NCBI GenBank assembly: GCA_050273025.1
Contig: CP158635.1
Coordinates: 2,542,001-2,606,000, forward strand
DNA length: 64,000 nucleotides
From: Cenococcum geophilum
Taxonomy: Eukaryota
Direction: 5' to 3'
Each line of letters begins with the position of its first letter. Position 1 is the stretch's first letter. A model generated the notes under the pieces. That model was not told the DNA's origin. It ran no database searches and saw only the letters and a program-made list of their open reading frames with translations. A program made the translations under genes and the position numbers. Positions 25,298-38,605 of the stretch are shown piece by piece.

Positions 25298-27279
25298 CTT
25301 AGGTTCTCGTCTAGATACTTTTATAGTACTTAGAGTTTATTTTAGGATATCCTGTATAGGGGTCTAAATCCAGGCTACTTTCCTTCTCTAAGTATAATTT
25401 TATAGTCGTACGGTCGGTATTCTAGTAGCTTATTAGCTTTCTTTTATAAAAATGCTTCTAAACGATTATATTATTCTACTAGTACCTTTATAGCAGGGTT
25501 AGTGTACTTCTTTAGTACTAAGGCCTTTTTAATATCGGCTATTATAACGGCAAAGATCGTATATTTAGATTTCTTAGCAAGTTATACTAGCGGAGTAGCT
25601 CTAATTATGCGGATATTTAGGGTACCGAGCTTACTTCGATTGTCCATAGTTCCTTATTTAGGTTTAGGTTTAGGTTTAGTATTAAGTATAGAGTTAATAT
25701 TAGACTTAGGTTCGAGTTCTTTAAATATTTTTTTTATTATAGAGTACTAGTTCTTCTAGTAGTTTTATATACTAAGCTTAAGCTTCTATTTAGTTTGGGG
25801 CAGTATAGTGCTTAGTATTAGCTTATAGAATATAGTAGAATTTTTAAATCCTTAATAGGTGTTGGTAGAATTCTTATATTGGTAAAATTTAGTAGAATTC
25901 CTATGCTAATGAAATCTAGTAGATTCCTTAGGCGTAGGGTAGACATTAGTAGAAATTTTAGGTTGGTAGATCTTAGTAGATTTCCTAGATTTTAGTTTAG
26001 GGTTAGGGCGGCACGTTATAGAGTATTCCTTTCTATAATAAAGGGCAGTAAATAAAAGCTTAAGGTTATTTTAATTAATAACTACCTTATATAGCTTTAT
26101 CTAGGGTTGTTTAAGGATTACTAGGTAACCTAAGGTAGTAATAAATAGCTTAATTAGTTCTTTATAGTTTAGGTATTAGAGTCTTAGGGCTACTATATAA
26201 GTAATACGACCTAAAATAGTACGTTTGCTATTAAATCCAAATACGTTAGTATACTAGTTAAGGGGGATTAGGGTAAAACTATTATCTTATATAAAGATCT
26301 TATTAATAAATCCTATATCGCTAGCTCTTATATTAATTAGGATTTAAGTATTAGCCTATTAACTATTCTACTAAAGATAGCAGTTAATAGTTATGCTATA
26401 GTCCTAAGAGTTAGAGTTTATAATATTAAATGCGTTTAACGAAATTCTATAGCAGAGCTGTCTTAAAAGGCAACTTAGCTCCAGGACTTTCCTTTTAAAG
26501 GCAATTAAGGCGGGGTTTTTATAGGACGTTAGTTAGAGCCTTATCCTTATAAACGGTGCTTACTAGTTATTAAGCTAGAGCTAAATAAAGATTAGGGACA
26601 GTAGCTAGAGGATTAAGGCGGTAGGCTACTAGCGTTAACTATTTATAGGTCTTTTTAAAAAGAGGTGAAGTAGTAGTTAAAGAGGTAGAAGTTACTTCTA
26701 TATTTAAAGCAGAGGCCTAGCTTAATGCGTCGTTTTTATTTAAAGGACCCTAGTAGGGCGTATCCTAGGGTCCTAGTGTTAATATCTATAGCGTTAGGGT
26801 GCTTAAGCTAAGATAACTTAGTAGACGTTTACAGGGCTATTATATTGTATTAAGGAGCGTATTTCGGTATTAGACGTAGTATATTATTATACTATTTATT
26901 AATAACATTTATATAGGCATTTAGGGCTCCTAGTAGGTCTACGTCTATTAGGAATATTTTTAGTTTAGGGCTTAAGGATTTAATAAATTGTTAATTAATA
27001 TAGAGTCGTTCCAACCTATTTCCCTTACATAATAGTTAAATTTAGAGAAATATATTAGGAAACTCTTTATTCCTTAAGCTATATAGTTTATTTTTCTTTA
27101 AGTAATAGCTTAACGGTTTAGGTTATTATATATAGCTTTAAGAAATATAACTAGGCTTTATACTAAGTTCGGCTAAAGAGGTTTAATAAAGTTAGCTACC
27201 TCTTCTTCTAGTTAACTTAGGGCGTAATAAAGTTAGTTAGCTTTAGTTAGGTATTGGTTAATATTACTAGTTAGCTTAT

Positions 27280-27503
27280 TATAAGCTTTGCAGTGTGTAG
27301 GAATTGAATAAACGACTTGATTGTAAATGTAGCTTTAAAGTATCTATATATATACGAACAAAGATAGGTCACAAGTACCCCTTAATCTTATCCTCAATAT
27401 AGCCGTAATTGACCTTTTAGGCTAATTAAGGCGGCTGTAGCCATTACGGTCCACAGTAGGTGATACAGTAGTGTTTTTAACGTAGTACTGGTAGTCGGTT
27501 ACA
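27280..27503. mobile_element. Solo LTR (224 bp) inserted in the gag of the second Gypsy B copy
   Basis: TATAA(TGTAA)...TTACA termini with TSD CTTAT. Absent from the homologous site (~14481) of the first copy. Confidence 0.9.
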
Positions 27504-29481
27504 CTTATTTTTAAGCTAGCTTAAAAATAATTAGAGCTTTTATTATTTACTAATAAATACTAGAGGGTCTAGTAGTCGTTTAAATCGTTATAGTACTGTA
27601 GTTGGTTTGGATTAAATAACTATTATAGGTTTAAAACTTATGTTCCGCGTATTTATCTCTAAAGATAGCGTTTAGTCTTAGGATCCTAATATAGGCATCT
27701 TAAGGGTATAGACTTCTTCTTAGAGGTCCTTAATTAATTATTAGTGTCGTGGTTTTTATTTAGCTTCTTATTAAGCTAAAGTGGCTTAGTTTTATATAAG
27801 GGCGTCTATAAAGGACTTCTATATCTCTACTAATTGTTTTTAAAGTGCGGATATAATACTAGCGGCTATTATAGGGGTTTTAGGGTTATTTTATATTTTA
27901 GAGGGTAATATATAGGTTTAATATAACGTAGTATTACGGAGTAAGTATAAGTGACGATAATATATAGTAAGCTATATATATAAACTAGGTACGGAAATTA
28001 AGACATTATATAAGAAAAAAAGGTAGGAAAATAGGAAGGAAGGGTATATATCGTTAACTTAGTTGCTTAGTTAATATATATATAGAGTAGAATAGGATTT
28101 ACGTAGTAGTCCTAGTAGAACTTAGTAGAATTTAGTGGAACTTAGTAGAATATAGCAGAATATAGTAGATTGCCATTAGATTGCTATAAGTTGCGGCAAA
28201 TTACAGTCTTATTAATAGTGGAAATAAGTAGGTATATAAAAGGTGTTATAGGGGTGTTCTGTAATATATACTAGCTAGCTAACGTCTTTATTTATTCTAA
28301 GCTTAAGCGTACCTATATTAATTATAAGCTTATGCCGTAAAAGCTTTATTAGTATTAGTTTAGACCTAATATTAGTATTAAGCATTTAAGGATCTCTGCC
28401 CTAGCTACACCTTATTATTCTACCCCTACTAAAGGGTCTAGATACTATTCTTATTAGCTATTACTTAGTGGCCTAATAGATACTAATCCTACTCCTAAAG
28501 ATAAGGCATAGTGGCTTTTTAGATTAGGCATTTAGGATTTGCTCTTATATATAGTAATAATTAAAGACCTTAATTAAGTGTTTAAAAAGGCCTTAAAAGG
28601 CTTTTAGGAAGGGCTTAAAAGCCCTAAAAATAGTATTCTTAATATAGATTAATTAATAGGAATACGATTCTAGCAAAATGCCCTATTAATTCTATACTAT
28701 ATACGTAAAAAGGCTAAGGACCTATTCTGCCTTAGGCTGTAGCCCTATCCCTATAGTTTCCAGAGTCTATCTATACTATATCTAATTTAATCAATTTACT
28801 CTTTAAAGCCTTTTACGGCCTACTATAAACCTTCTTTATAGGTTATAATAATACTATAGTATTAGAGTGCTTTCTGCGATTTATAGATTATAAACCTTAG
28901 TTTTAATATTCTTTTAGAATATCTTTATAATAATTAAGGTAATCTTCTAGTTCCTATATAGAGTTCTTAATAGCCTAGCCTAGCTATTTAACTTTATATT
29001 AAAGCTTATTCTTAATAGACTTATAATATAATATAGCTTTAACCTTATACCAATTGCCTACTACTTTAAAATATTTAATTAGGCTTAAACAAAAGTTCTT
29101 TTCTAATAGTAGTCCATACTATAGCTCTAGTAGGTTTATATAAAACACTAAATATATATAGGCTATAAATAGGGGTAGCCAGAGATACGTAATAACTATT
29201 TTATAAAGGAGTATCAATAGTAGTAGTTCTTAAGATTTTACTATCCTATATAAAAACTTATACTACTACCTACAACGTTTTAATAGCTAATAGGTCCTAC
29301 CTATACGCTATATAACGTATCTACGTTATCTCTACTAAGTCTAAACTTTAAAGACTACAGGTTTGTAGCCGCCACTATATATAGGTACAGAGTCCGATTT
29401 TGACGGCCTCTACTAAAATACTATTAGAAGAAAGGATTTAGGCCTATTAATAAACCTGTTAAATAAGTAGAAGAAGAGTTA

Positions 29482-29883
29482 ACATGTTCTATTAGTGGCC
29501 TACATACCCTAGTAAGTTACGTAGCGAAAAACACACTAAAATTTAGAAAATTTAAACCATTATATCTTAACAATAATCTAATAATAAATTCTATAAATTT
29601 AATCCTGGCCTTTTATATCCACTTTAAAACTTTACTTAAAGTTCTAAAGTAATACGCTTAGCTATTATTAAGATATTAAGATATAGCTTCTAATTTTAAA
29701 CTAACTAATAGATTACTTCTAAACTTTAACTAGGCTCTTAAAGTGGATATAAAAGGCTAGGATTAAATTTATATAATATATTATTAGATTATTATTAAAA
29801 TATAAAAGTTTAAATTTTCTAGACTTTAGTGTGTTTTTCGCTGCGTAGCTTACTAGGGTATATAGGTCACTGGTGGAACACGT
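29482..29883. mobile_element. Tc1/mariner-type foldback MITE, 402 bp
   Basis: TA|ACATGTTC(ACGTGTTC)...GAACACGT|TA termini with ~170-bp inverted arms. Confidence 0.85.
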
Positions 29884-29908
29884 TATTATTAAAAGCTTTT
29901 ATCTTACT

Positions 29909-32900
29909 TATTATGGCACTAGCAGAACTTGGCAGAACTTTACATCGGCAAGTTGCCACAGATTGCCGTATATTGCGGTCACGTGATATAAAGATCTTAT
30001 AAAACATTAAACGGCGCTGCTCTTCTTTTCCTTTTCATTCCCTAGCTTTAGATTCTTGTTTATAGACAATCTAATTATATAGGCTTGCGTGTCCCCTTTA
30101 CCGTACCTATACCTTAATTAACTAAGTCGCTAACATTATCTAAAGCTTACTCTATTCTTTCTTCCTAAGAAGGAACTTAAATATATCTATAAGACTATAA
30201 ATAGGACAAGAATATAAAATAAGACCCTAAAATATTACTAGAACTATAAAAACAGGACCTAAAAAAAAGAATAGAACTCTAAGGAAAGGACCTACAAGAT
30301 ATATATAGACTAGAACCCCTAAAGAAATTACCTAGAATTACCTAATACCCCTACCACTATGCCACGAAATATAGTAGTAGGTAAAGCAGCTATAGGACCC
30401 TTAAATACTTTAGACGAAGAAATAATTAACATTTTAACCCCCTAGGCGGAGCTTACGGCTACTAATACTAAAATTAAATAACTATAAGAGCTGCTTAAAG
30501 CTAGAGATACCCCTATATCTAATAATAAGTTATTATTAAACAACTAAAGACTTACTATAGTTCTTTAGGCCTTATACTAGCGCCTTAGTAGATCTACTAA
30601 GGCCTATATAGCACTAAAGCGGTTAATAAAGGTCGCGGACCCCCTACTACTTATAAACGGAACTAACCCTATATTTAATAATTAGAAGCTTTAATTACGG
30701 AATAAGCTTAAAGTTAATATAGACTACTTCCCTAGCGCCTAAGCCAGAATAGCCTATATCTTTAGCCGTACTGGCGGAGACGCCTAAATATATTTACGCC
30801 CGTAATACACTAAAGACTTAATAGACCCCTTTATCTCTAAAGAAGAAATAATTAAATACTTATCTTTTATTTATAAAGACCCTTTTAAAGTATAAAACGC
30901 CTACCTTAGCTATAAAAGCCTAAATATAAAAACAACGGAGACCTTTTTAGTTTTTTAAACCCGCTTTTTATACCTAGCCAGATAGGCCTAGATCCCCTAG
31001 AAAGACCTACTACTAAACATCTTTAATAAGCTTACCCTAGACCTATAACGGGCCGTATTACTAGCTTATACTATAGTATAGACGTTAAAGGAACTTATAG
31101 ATTATTGTCTAGCTATTAACTAAGGCCTCTATTAAATTAAGGCATATGCTAATTAGCTAAAAACTAAAAACCTTATAAACTAGGCCGTAAGTACTATAAG
31201 TACAGCCTATAGTGCCCCGATATAATTGGCAACCCCTATAATTAACTTAGCAGCTAACCGCGTAGCTACCCCTACTATAGGCCTGATATACACCTAGCCT
31301 ATATATAGTGACCCCTATATATAGGCCCTTAGCAATTAAGGAGCTTACTTCTTATATAGTTAAATAGGCTACCCTATAAGGAACTGCCTAATAAAGGCAA
31401 AAACAAATAAGGTCCTATTAATTTAAAAAAATAGTATAGAGTCGGAAAAAGAGGAACCCTAGAGGAAGACTCCTTTTTAGGGTTAAAAGGGATTGATATA
31501 TTATATATTAATCTAGGTCGGCTAGTTAGTAGAAGAAGCTGCACTATCCCTTATACTTTATTTTGTAATAAATATTAAGTTTTAACCTCTGCTTTAGCTA
31601 ACTTAGGAGTAAATACCTTTACCTTAATTAATATAAAGTGCGCTGTAAAACTAGCTAACTTTTTAAATATACCCCTTAAAGAACTACCTAAACTAATTCC
31701 TATTTGCGGTTATAACGGACAGATAGGGCTACCTATTATAACTATCTTATAAATCTACCTCCGCGTTAATAAATAAAGGCAGTATAATATCCCCTTCCTT
31801 ATTACGGACCTTAAAAGCTATAATATAATCTTAAAGAGAAAATAGCTAGCCTATTTAGGCTTATAGCTTAATATATAAAATAGACAGCTTATCTAGCCTA
31901 AAACTATACCCTTAACGCCTTCCTTTATAAAAGAGATTAGTATTATAATAGAAAACCTTATACGGCCGTAAATAGACACTATTTACTAGGCCAATATAAC
32001 GTATAGGGACTAGGCTTTTAAGAAGGATATATAGCTTAATCTGCAGCGGATCCGTATATTACACCGCCCCTAAACTGCCTATATTATACTACCTATACTA
32101 GAGATTTAGGAAGTTAGTAGTAGCCTAGTTAAGTCCCTAATAGAGAACCTAGGCCCTATATAGCTATAAAGGAAGGCCAGGGGTATTAGATAATACACTA
32201 AACTAATAAACTAGAAGGATAACTTATAGAAAATAAAATATAAGCTAAGGAAGACTATAAACCCTATACCGCAAAATACGGCCTAATAAATATCTATAAA
32301 GAAACCTGCGGACCTCCCACTAGTTAATATCTGCTATATTAGCGCTATAGGATTCTACTAGAACCTAGTTTAGCCTAATACCGTTACCTTTATAACTAGC
32401 TTATACGAAATTAATTAAATAATTAAAAAGAAAGAAGCCCTAGCCTAAGAGAAAGGTAAGCTTATAAATAAGGAGCTAGTAGAACGGAAACTGCCCCATT
32501 AATACCAGAAATTTAAAGATATTTTCTCTAAAGCAGCGTCTAATATACTCCTGCCTTACCAACCATATAACTATAAAATTAAAATTAAGCCGGATAAGGT
32601 GGTTACCCTTAGCTATAGCCCCCTCTAACAGCAATCTACTGCCGAATTATAGGCTATAAAGTAGTATTTTATTAATAACCTAGATAAGGGCTTTATTAAG
32701 CCTAATTAAGCCCCTTTTAACTTACCTATTTTCTTTACTAAAAAGCTAAATAGAGGACTTTGTTTTTGTATTAACTACTATAAGCTTAATAATTTAACCC
32801 TTAAAGACCGCTACCCACTGCCTTTACTTAATAAGACTTTAGCCTAAATAAGTAAAGCTCAGATCTTTATAAAGCTTAATATCCACTAAGCTTTTTACCA

Positions 32901-35900
32901 AATTAAGATAGACCCTAAATTAGAAAACCTTACTATATTTTAAACCTATTACGGAATATATAAATATAAAGTATTACTTTTTAGATTAACTAACGGACTG
33001 GCTATATACCAACGATATATAAATAATATACTATTTAACTACCTTAATAACTTATATATAGTATACCTAGATAATATTATAATCTACTCTAAAAATAAAT
33101 TAGGATATAAAAAGTATATCTATAAAGTTTTATAACGGCTTTAGAAAGCTAGCCTCTAAGCTAATATTAAAAAGTTAGAATTTAGTGTTAAGCATATAAA
33201 GTACCTAAGGTTTATTATTAGTATAAACAAAATTAAGGTAGACCTAGAAAAGACGGCTATAATTAACTAATAGGTACCCCTAAGGACTATAAAGGGGGTA
33301 TAGTTATTCTTAGGGTTTTATAACTTCTACTAACGCTTTATTAAGAACTATAGTAGAATTACCTAGCTACTAAGCCTACTTACCTATAAGGACCAGCCCT
33401 TTTACTTTAACACTATATATAGGCAGGCCTTTAATAAGCTTAAGAAACAACTAGTCTCTACTCCCTTACTCGCCCACTTTAACCTAAAATAGCCCTTAAT
33501 ACTAGAAACTAATACCTTAAATAGTGTTATAGCTAGCGTTTACTCCTAAAAGCAAATAAACAGAGAATAGCACCCTGTTGCTTACTATTTAAAGACTACA
33601 GTAGATGCTAAACTAAACTACCTAATTTACGATAAAGAAATGCTAGCTATTATCTCTAGCTTTTAGCACTAGCGAGCCTAACTAGAAGGCACTACTAAGC
33701 CTATTTAGGTAGTTTCCGATTATAAGGCTTTAGAATATTTTATAATAATAAAGGCCCTTATAGCCCGATAGGCGCGCTAGGCAGATACCCTATCTTAGTT
33801 TAACTTCCTAACTATATATAGGCTAAACGCTACTAACCGTACGGATGCCCTTATAAGGCGTAAATAGGATATAAATAACCAGATAGCTATAAAGATCTTA
33901 TTATAGACCTAAGCGCTATTATAACTAGAGCACCTTAACTCTTAGATATAAGCGGAACTGAGTATAAACTCTTTAGATGCTAAGATATACCCTATTAACT
34001 TTATAGAACTAGACCTTATTAATAAATTACTATAGGCGAACTGTATAGCCCCTTCTCTATAGGAGTACTATAAAAAGGTAAAGAACGTTTCTAGCCCATA
34101 GTCCCTTAAAAGTAGACTACTTAAGTACCGTAAACGGCTAGTAGTAGTAGAGGAATAGAACTTATAGACTCGGCTTATTGCCGAAGCATATACCTAAGTC
34201 TTTACAGCCTACTTTAAAAAAAATAAGACCTATAAGATTATTGGCGACCGCTACTACTAGCCCGGAATAATTATAAATATTAACCGCTATATATAGAACT
34301 ATAATAACTACTATAGGTCTATAATTCTATAAGATAAGACCCTAGGATTATTAAAACCCCTTCTAATACCTAACCGCCCCTAGTAATATATCTCTATAAA
34401 CTTTTATAAGCTACCTCCAGACCGTAATAGATACGATATAGTTATAATCCTAGTTAACCGCTTTAGCAAGCGCCTGTTCTTAATTCCCTATTATAAGGAT
34501 ATTAACGCTAAAGAGGCGGCCTAACTATATATTTACTACGTCTACCAAATTTATGGACTACTAGATACTATTATATCTAACTATAGGCCGCAGTTTATAT
34601 TAGCCTTTTAGAATAAGTTTACCCGGATCCTAGGCATTAAGCTAAAGCTTTCTATAGTATATTACCCCTAAATAGACGGTTAAACGGAGATTATAAATTA
34701 ATACTTAGACTAGAGACTTTGGCCTTTTATTAACTACTTTTAGAATAACTAGGCCGAACTATTACCCTTAATAAACTACGCCTAAGCGACCTTACCCCAT
34801 AACTCTACCGGATTTGCCCCTATTTAACTAGAAATAGGTTACCTACCCTATATAAGCTTTAACTAGGAAAGACTAAAAGGGCCCTAGACTATACGTGAAA
34901 AACCGTCTTATAAGGAAGCCCAGTAGTACGCTAAGCGCTTAAAAGAAGCCTAAAAAGTAGCCTATACAAACCTAAAAAAGGCCTAAAAATTAATAGAATA
35001 GTAGGTAAATAAGTATAGGCGCGAGCTTAACTTTATTATAGGCGATATAGTCTAAGTTATAATAAAGAACTAGAAGATAGAACGGCCTAGCTATAAGCTA
35101 AACTATAAAATAGTAAAACCGTATAAGATTCTTAATAAAGTAGGCAACTCTTATAAGGTTAAGCTCCCAGACTTAATTAAAGTTTACTCTATCTTCTTAC
35201 TAAATAAGCTATACAGTCAAATCTCTTTAGTACGATACGGTTTGTTCGGCCGAACGTATTGTAATACTAATAGTATTGTTATATAAAGAGTCACGTATAG
35301 GGTGAATAAGCAGGAAAAGGGTGAGTTTAATGCCTAAAAAGGCTTAGGATGTCTACATTACGGGCCAAATAGGGCCCTCTTCCATACAAAATCTCTACTG
35401 GTTATACCGATATTGGTGGTAAGTACTTAACGATATTGTTAAAAGTCAGATTATCGTAATATTACACCAAAAAAGATTTGATTAAGGGGTGTAAATTATA
35501 ATATAAATGATATCGTTATATACCCAATATCGTACTAAAGAGATTTGACTGTAGAAAGCTATAAATAACCTACTACCTAGATAAAAGAATAAACCTCCCC
35601 TACTAATTTAAGTTAATAGCGATAATAAATAGGAAATTAAAGAAATACTAGCCTATAAACTTATAAAGGGAATATTAAAGTATTATATTAGTTAGAAAGG
35701 ATATAACCTAAACCCCACTTAGTACCCTATATAGAACTTTATAGGTAGTCCCTATAAGCTTTAAAAGTTTTATAGCTATTACCCTAATAAACCTAGACCG
35801 CTAAAGTACTTAAATAAGTAGATAGAATGCTAATATAATAAAGATAATAAGCTACTAGAAGAACATAAGGACAAAAATACCCTAGAAATTTCTTAGTTAT

Positions 35901-36249
35901 ATAAGATATTAAAATATCTAAGAACTTTAACCAGCGGTTAAAGTTATCTAATTAGTTAGATTCTCTTACTAAGACTTTTAGCAATAAAGCCTAAGGGCAG
36001 GCTTTTTTGGAGGGGGGGGTAATATTACAGCACTAGCAGAACTTAGCAGAACTTCGCACCGGCAAGTTGCCACAGATTGCCGCATATTGCGGTTATATAA
36101 CGCGAAGATCTTATAAAACATCGAACGGCGCTACTCTTCTTCTCCTTTCCGTTCCCTAGCTTTAGATTCTCGTTTATAGACAATCCAATCGTACAGGCTT
36201 GCGCGTCCCCTTTGCCGTGCCCATGCCTCGATTGACTGAGTCGCTAACA
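29909..36249 (+). mobile_element. Full-length Gypsy/chromovirus family D, RIPped
   Basis: 227-bp LTRs at 29909-30135 and 36023-36249, TSD TTACT, PPT ggaggggggggtaa. gag, protease, RT (YLDDI ~33064), RNase H, integrase and chromodomain are all recognisable. Confidence 0.96.
35214..35551. mobile_element. pogo/Tigger-type MITE, 338 bp, inserted in the Gypsy D integrase C-terminus
   Basis: Perfect 24-bp TIR CAGTCAAATCTCTTTAGTACGATA with TA TSD. Removal restores DKL.KA. Confidence 0.92.
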
Positions 36250-36924
36250 TTACTAACTCGCTCGCTCTAAAGATAACAGAGCTACCTTTTATAGCCTTAA
36301 AAAAGTTATAGAGGCTTAAAACATATATAGTAGGTAATAAATGTTAATAAGAGGATGTAGCATTAATTAGATAAGGAAGAGAAGTAGTGTATTATCGTCT
36401 AGAATAAGAAGGTATAGAGGAAAGAGATTACTAAGTTTAAAAGCTCGCCTAGAAAGAAGCTAGTAAGGTAAAGGAAGTTTAGAAAAATATTACTAATACT
36501 AGAAAATCTTTACGTAATAGGAAAGAGAAGGCCTTAATTATAATATTAGGTAAAGAGGACTATTAATGTTAATATAGGAGTAGTAGAGAGTAGTATAGCT
36601 CCCATTCTTGAATCCCGCCTAAGGCCTTCTACAACACCTCTAGGGCTACTAAATTAAGCTAGGTTAATAGAGCAATATCGAAAGTCTGTTCTACCTCATT
36701 CTTAAGTATATTGAATATATTGGTGTTGCGAATAGCATCAAAATTCGAGTCAAATTTTGGTGGGGTGCACCGTGCAGACAGTGGCTGCGTGCACGCGGTG
36801 GCCGAAGCTTCTATTACGATTTGGTAATGTTATTTCAGTTGTGAGGAATGATCACTGACAACGAGAGGCAAATATCGTAATTTAAGAACCTGTTGGTCAA
36901 GGTATCCAGCCTGCTTTTATATTT

Positions 36925-38258
36925 ATGATGCTCCCTCCGATTGACCCTTCTACTCTTGAGCAGAACCCGGGGTTCAAGGCTCTCTACAAAGATCTCTCCA
37001 CAAGGAGACTTAATCCGGACGGGTCTTCAAAAGATCTTAAAAAGCAGCGAGCTCAAGATGAGACGCGGAAGGTAGGTATTCCAATTTAGCATAACTTCAA
37101 AGCAAGAGTAATTCTCTGCTTATTTCTCACCTCTCATGTTCAATCTTTAACGTCTTCAGAAACTCAATACGGCGAGAACAGAAATAGCAAAGTCACAAAT
37201 CCTGCGAGACTCTCTTATTGACTTACCGTCAAAAGCCGGCAATCTGCCGCCGGAGGTCTGTCATCATTCCAATATGGATATTTCCAGCGTCTCAAATCAT
37301 TTAGCTTCACGAAGTCACCGAAATTGTCTGCGCTCAATTACACGGCCAAGCACTTCCAGAAGACCACGAGATCTTGGAAGATGATATCGAATACTTCCTC
37401 GTAAGTCCTAAATCTATCTCTAAGGCATTCATAGTATATTTCTTCAGCAATATACAAACATATACTAGGAAAAGATCACTCCAGTTTCCAACGCCATCTC
37501 CGCCCTTCTTGAATCCACCACCCTCCACCTCACACGAATAGCAAACCCAGAAGGTACTCCCCCAGCACCAACAGTCAACCCTAAACCACACCCCCTCAAC
37601 TAATGCCCGTCACCTAGCACCTCCCCCTAACCTCCCGACCCTAAGCGCCAACCTCCCGGCCACCGCAACCACCCTTCGTGACTCAACCACTGCCCTCGCC
37701 GACACCCTAACGCAAGAGCGGCTCTCCCTCGCCAACGTTGCCTCCGAAGTCCTCGCAGCCCACCGCGACCTGCTCGAGGCCATCATCCGCATTCTAGAGC
37801 AGACGATGCACGGCAGCGTAGCGCGCGCCACGCGGGCAAAGGCCGAGCACCTAGCCGTGAAGGCGGCGGGGGCGGAGATGAAGCTGAAGTGAGTGACCAT
37901 CCCTCCATGAATCCATGAATCAAACACTTCATCCCGTCCCTCCTGCATCATCTTCTCATAGCATTTCTGTATCGGCATCTGTTACGAGCGCCGGGGCCCG
38001 CTGATACCAGCGCACAGCATCCATGCGGCGACGCATCCGCCTCCGCCTGCACTGACGTCCGCGCTGAAGTCGTATAACGCTCACCTCTTGTCGTTGCAGG
38101 CGGGGCTGCGGACGCGCGAGCAGGCGGCGGAGAAGACGCTGCAGCAGTACGAGCGCGCGGGCGGGAAGGGCATGCTCGAAATCGCGGGTCGGTACGCGCA
38201 GCTGACGGAGGAGATTGAGAGGGTTAAAGACGAGATAGCTCGGTTGGAAGGGAAGTAG
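36925..38258 (+). CDS. 6-exon conserved fungal coiled-coil protein, probably augmin/HAUS4-like subunit
   Basis: MMLPPIDPSTLEQNPGFKALYKDLSTRRLNPDGSS...IRILEQTMHGSVARATRAKAEHLA...ALKSYNAHL...YERAGGKGMLEIAGRYAQLTEEIERVKDEIARLEGK*. Five GT-AG introns keep the frame open. The ORF track misses this gene. The family assignment is from memory. Confidence 0.65.
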
Positions 38259-38605
38259 GCTGAGCAAACTGAGCTCTGTTTTTGAGTATGGCAAGGTTGA
38301 GGGTTGCAAGGTACGGGATGCGCAGAGGGGAAAGTTTGTAAAGTCTACACAAATCGGTTTGATTCGCGAGTAATTGTACTACACTATAATATCACAAGTG
38401 TTTCCTGCCCAGAAACAACTCCGACACATCCCGAAACATCGTTTGACAGCCACACTAACGGGGCCGATTTCCAACCAAGAAACGCCTTTGCGCCGTCTTA
38501 TGAAGCCATACGTAGTGACCCAAGAATTATTTCCTTCGAATCCTTCTTTTCTACGGATTCTCCTTTTTACTTCCCTGTTATCTTTTCTCACACTCATGAA
38601 GTGAA

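Larger units (their letters stand above)
17679..28266 (-). mobile_element. Second Gypsy B copy: 3'-truncated in RNase H, 5' LTR at 27932-28266, interrupted by Gypsy C and a solo LTR
   Basis: Colinear with 11385-15247. The RT frame (KYLDENLSKGFIR) is restored when 18722-25302 is removed. Confidence 0.92.
1460..36700. other. AT-rich, RIP-mutated transposon block
   Basis: CpA/TpG is almost absent and TpA is in large excess. Paired LTRs differ by transitions. TE reading frames are broken by TAA/TAG at Gln/Trp/Arg positions. Confidence 0.95.
29410..36818 (+). mobile_element. 3' part of a Fot1/pogo-like Tc1/mariner transposon split by a MITE and by Gypsy D
   Basis: Joining 29410-29481, 29886-29908 and 36255 onward gives ...LLEERI......EQKKSRRQK.L..QLARSEDNGATFYSP.KV.EAR. 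Subterminal ttttggtggggtgcac at ~36755. Confidence 0.6.

Noticed and set aside
28267..29400. RIPped segment that may be coding
   Set aside because: No motif, terminus or TSD was recognisable in the frames I translated; left unclassified.
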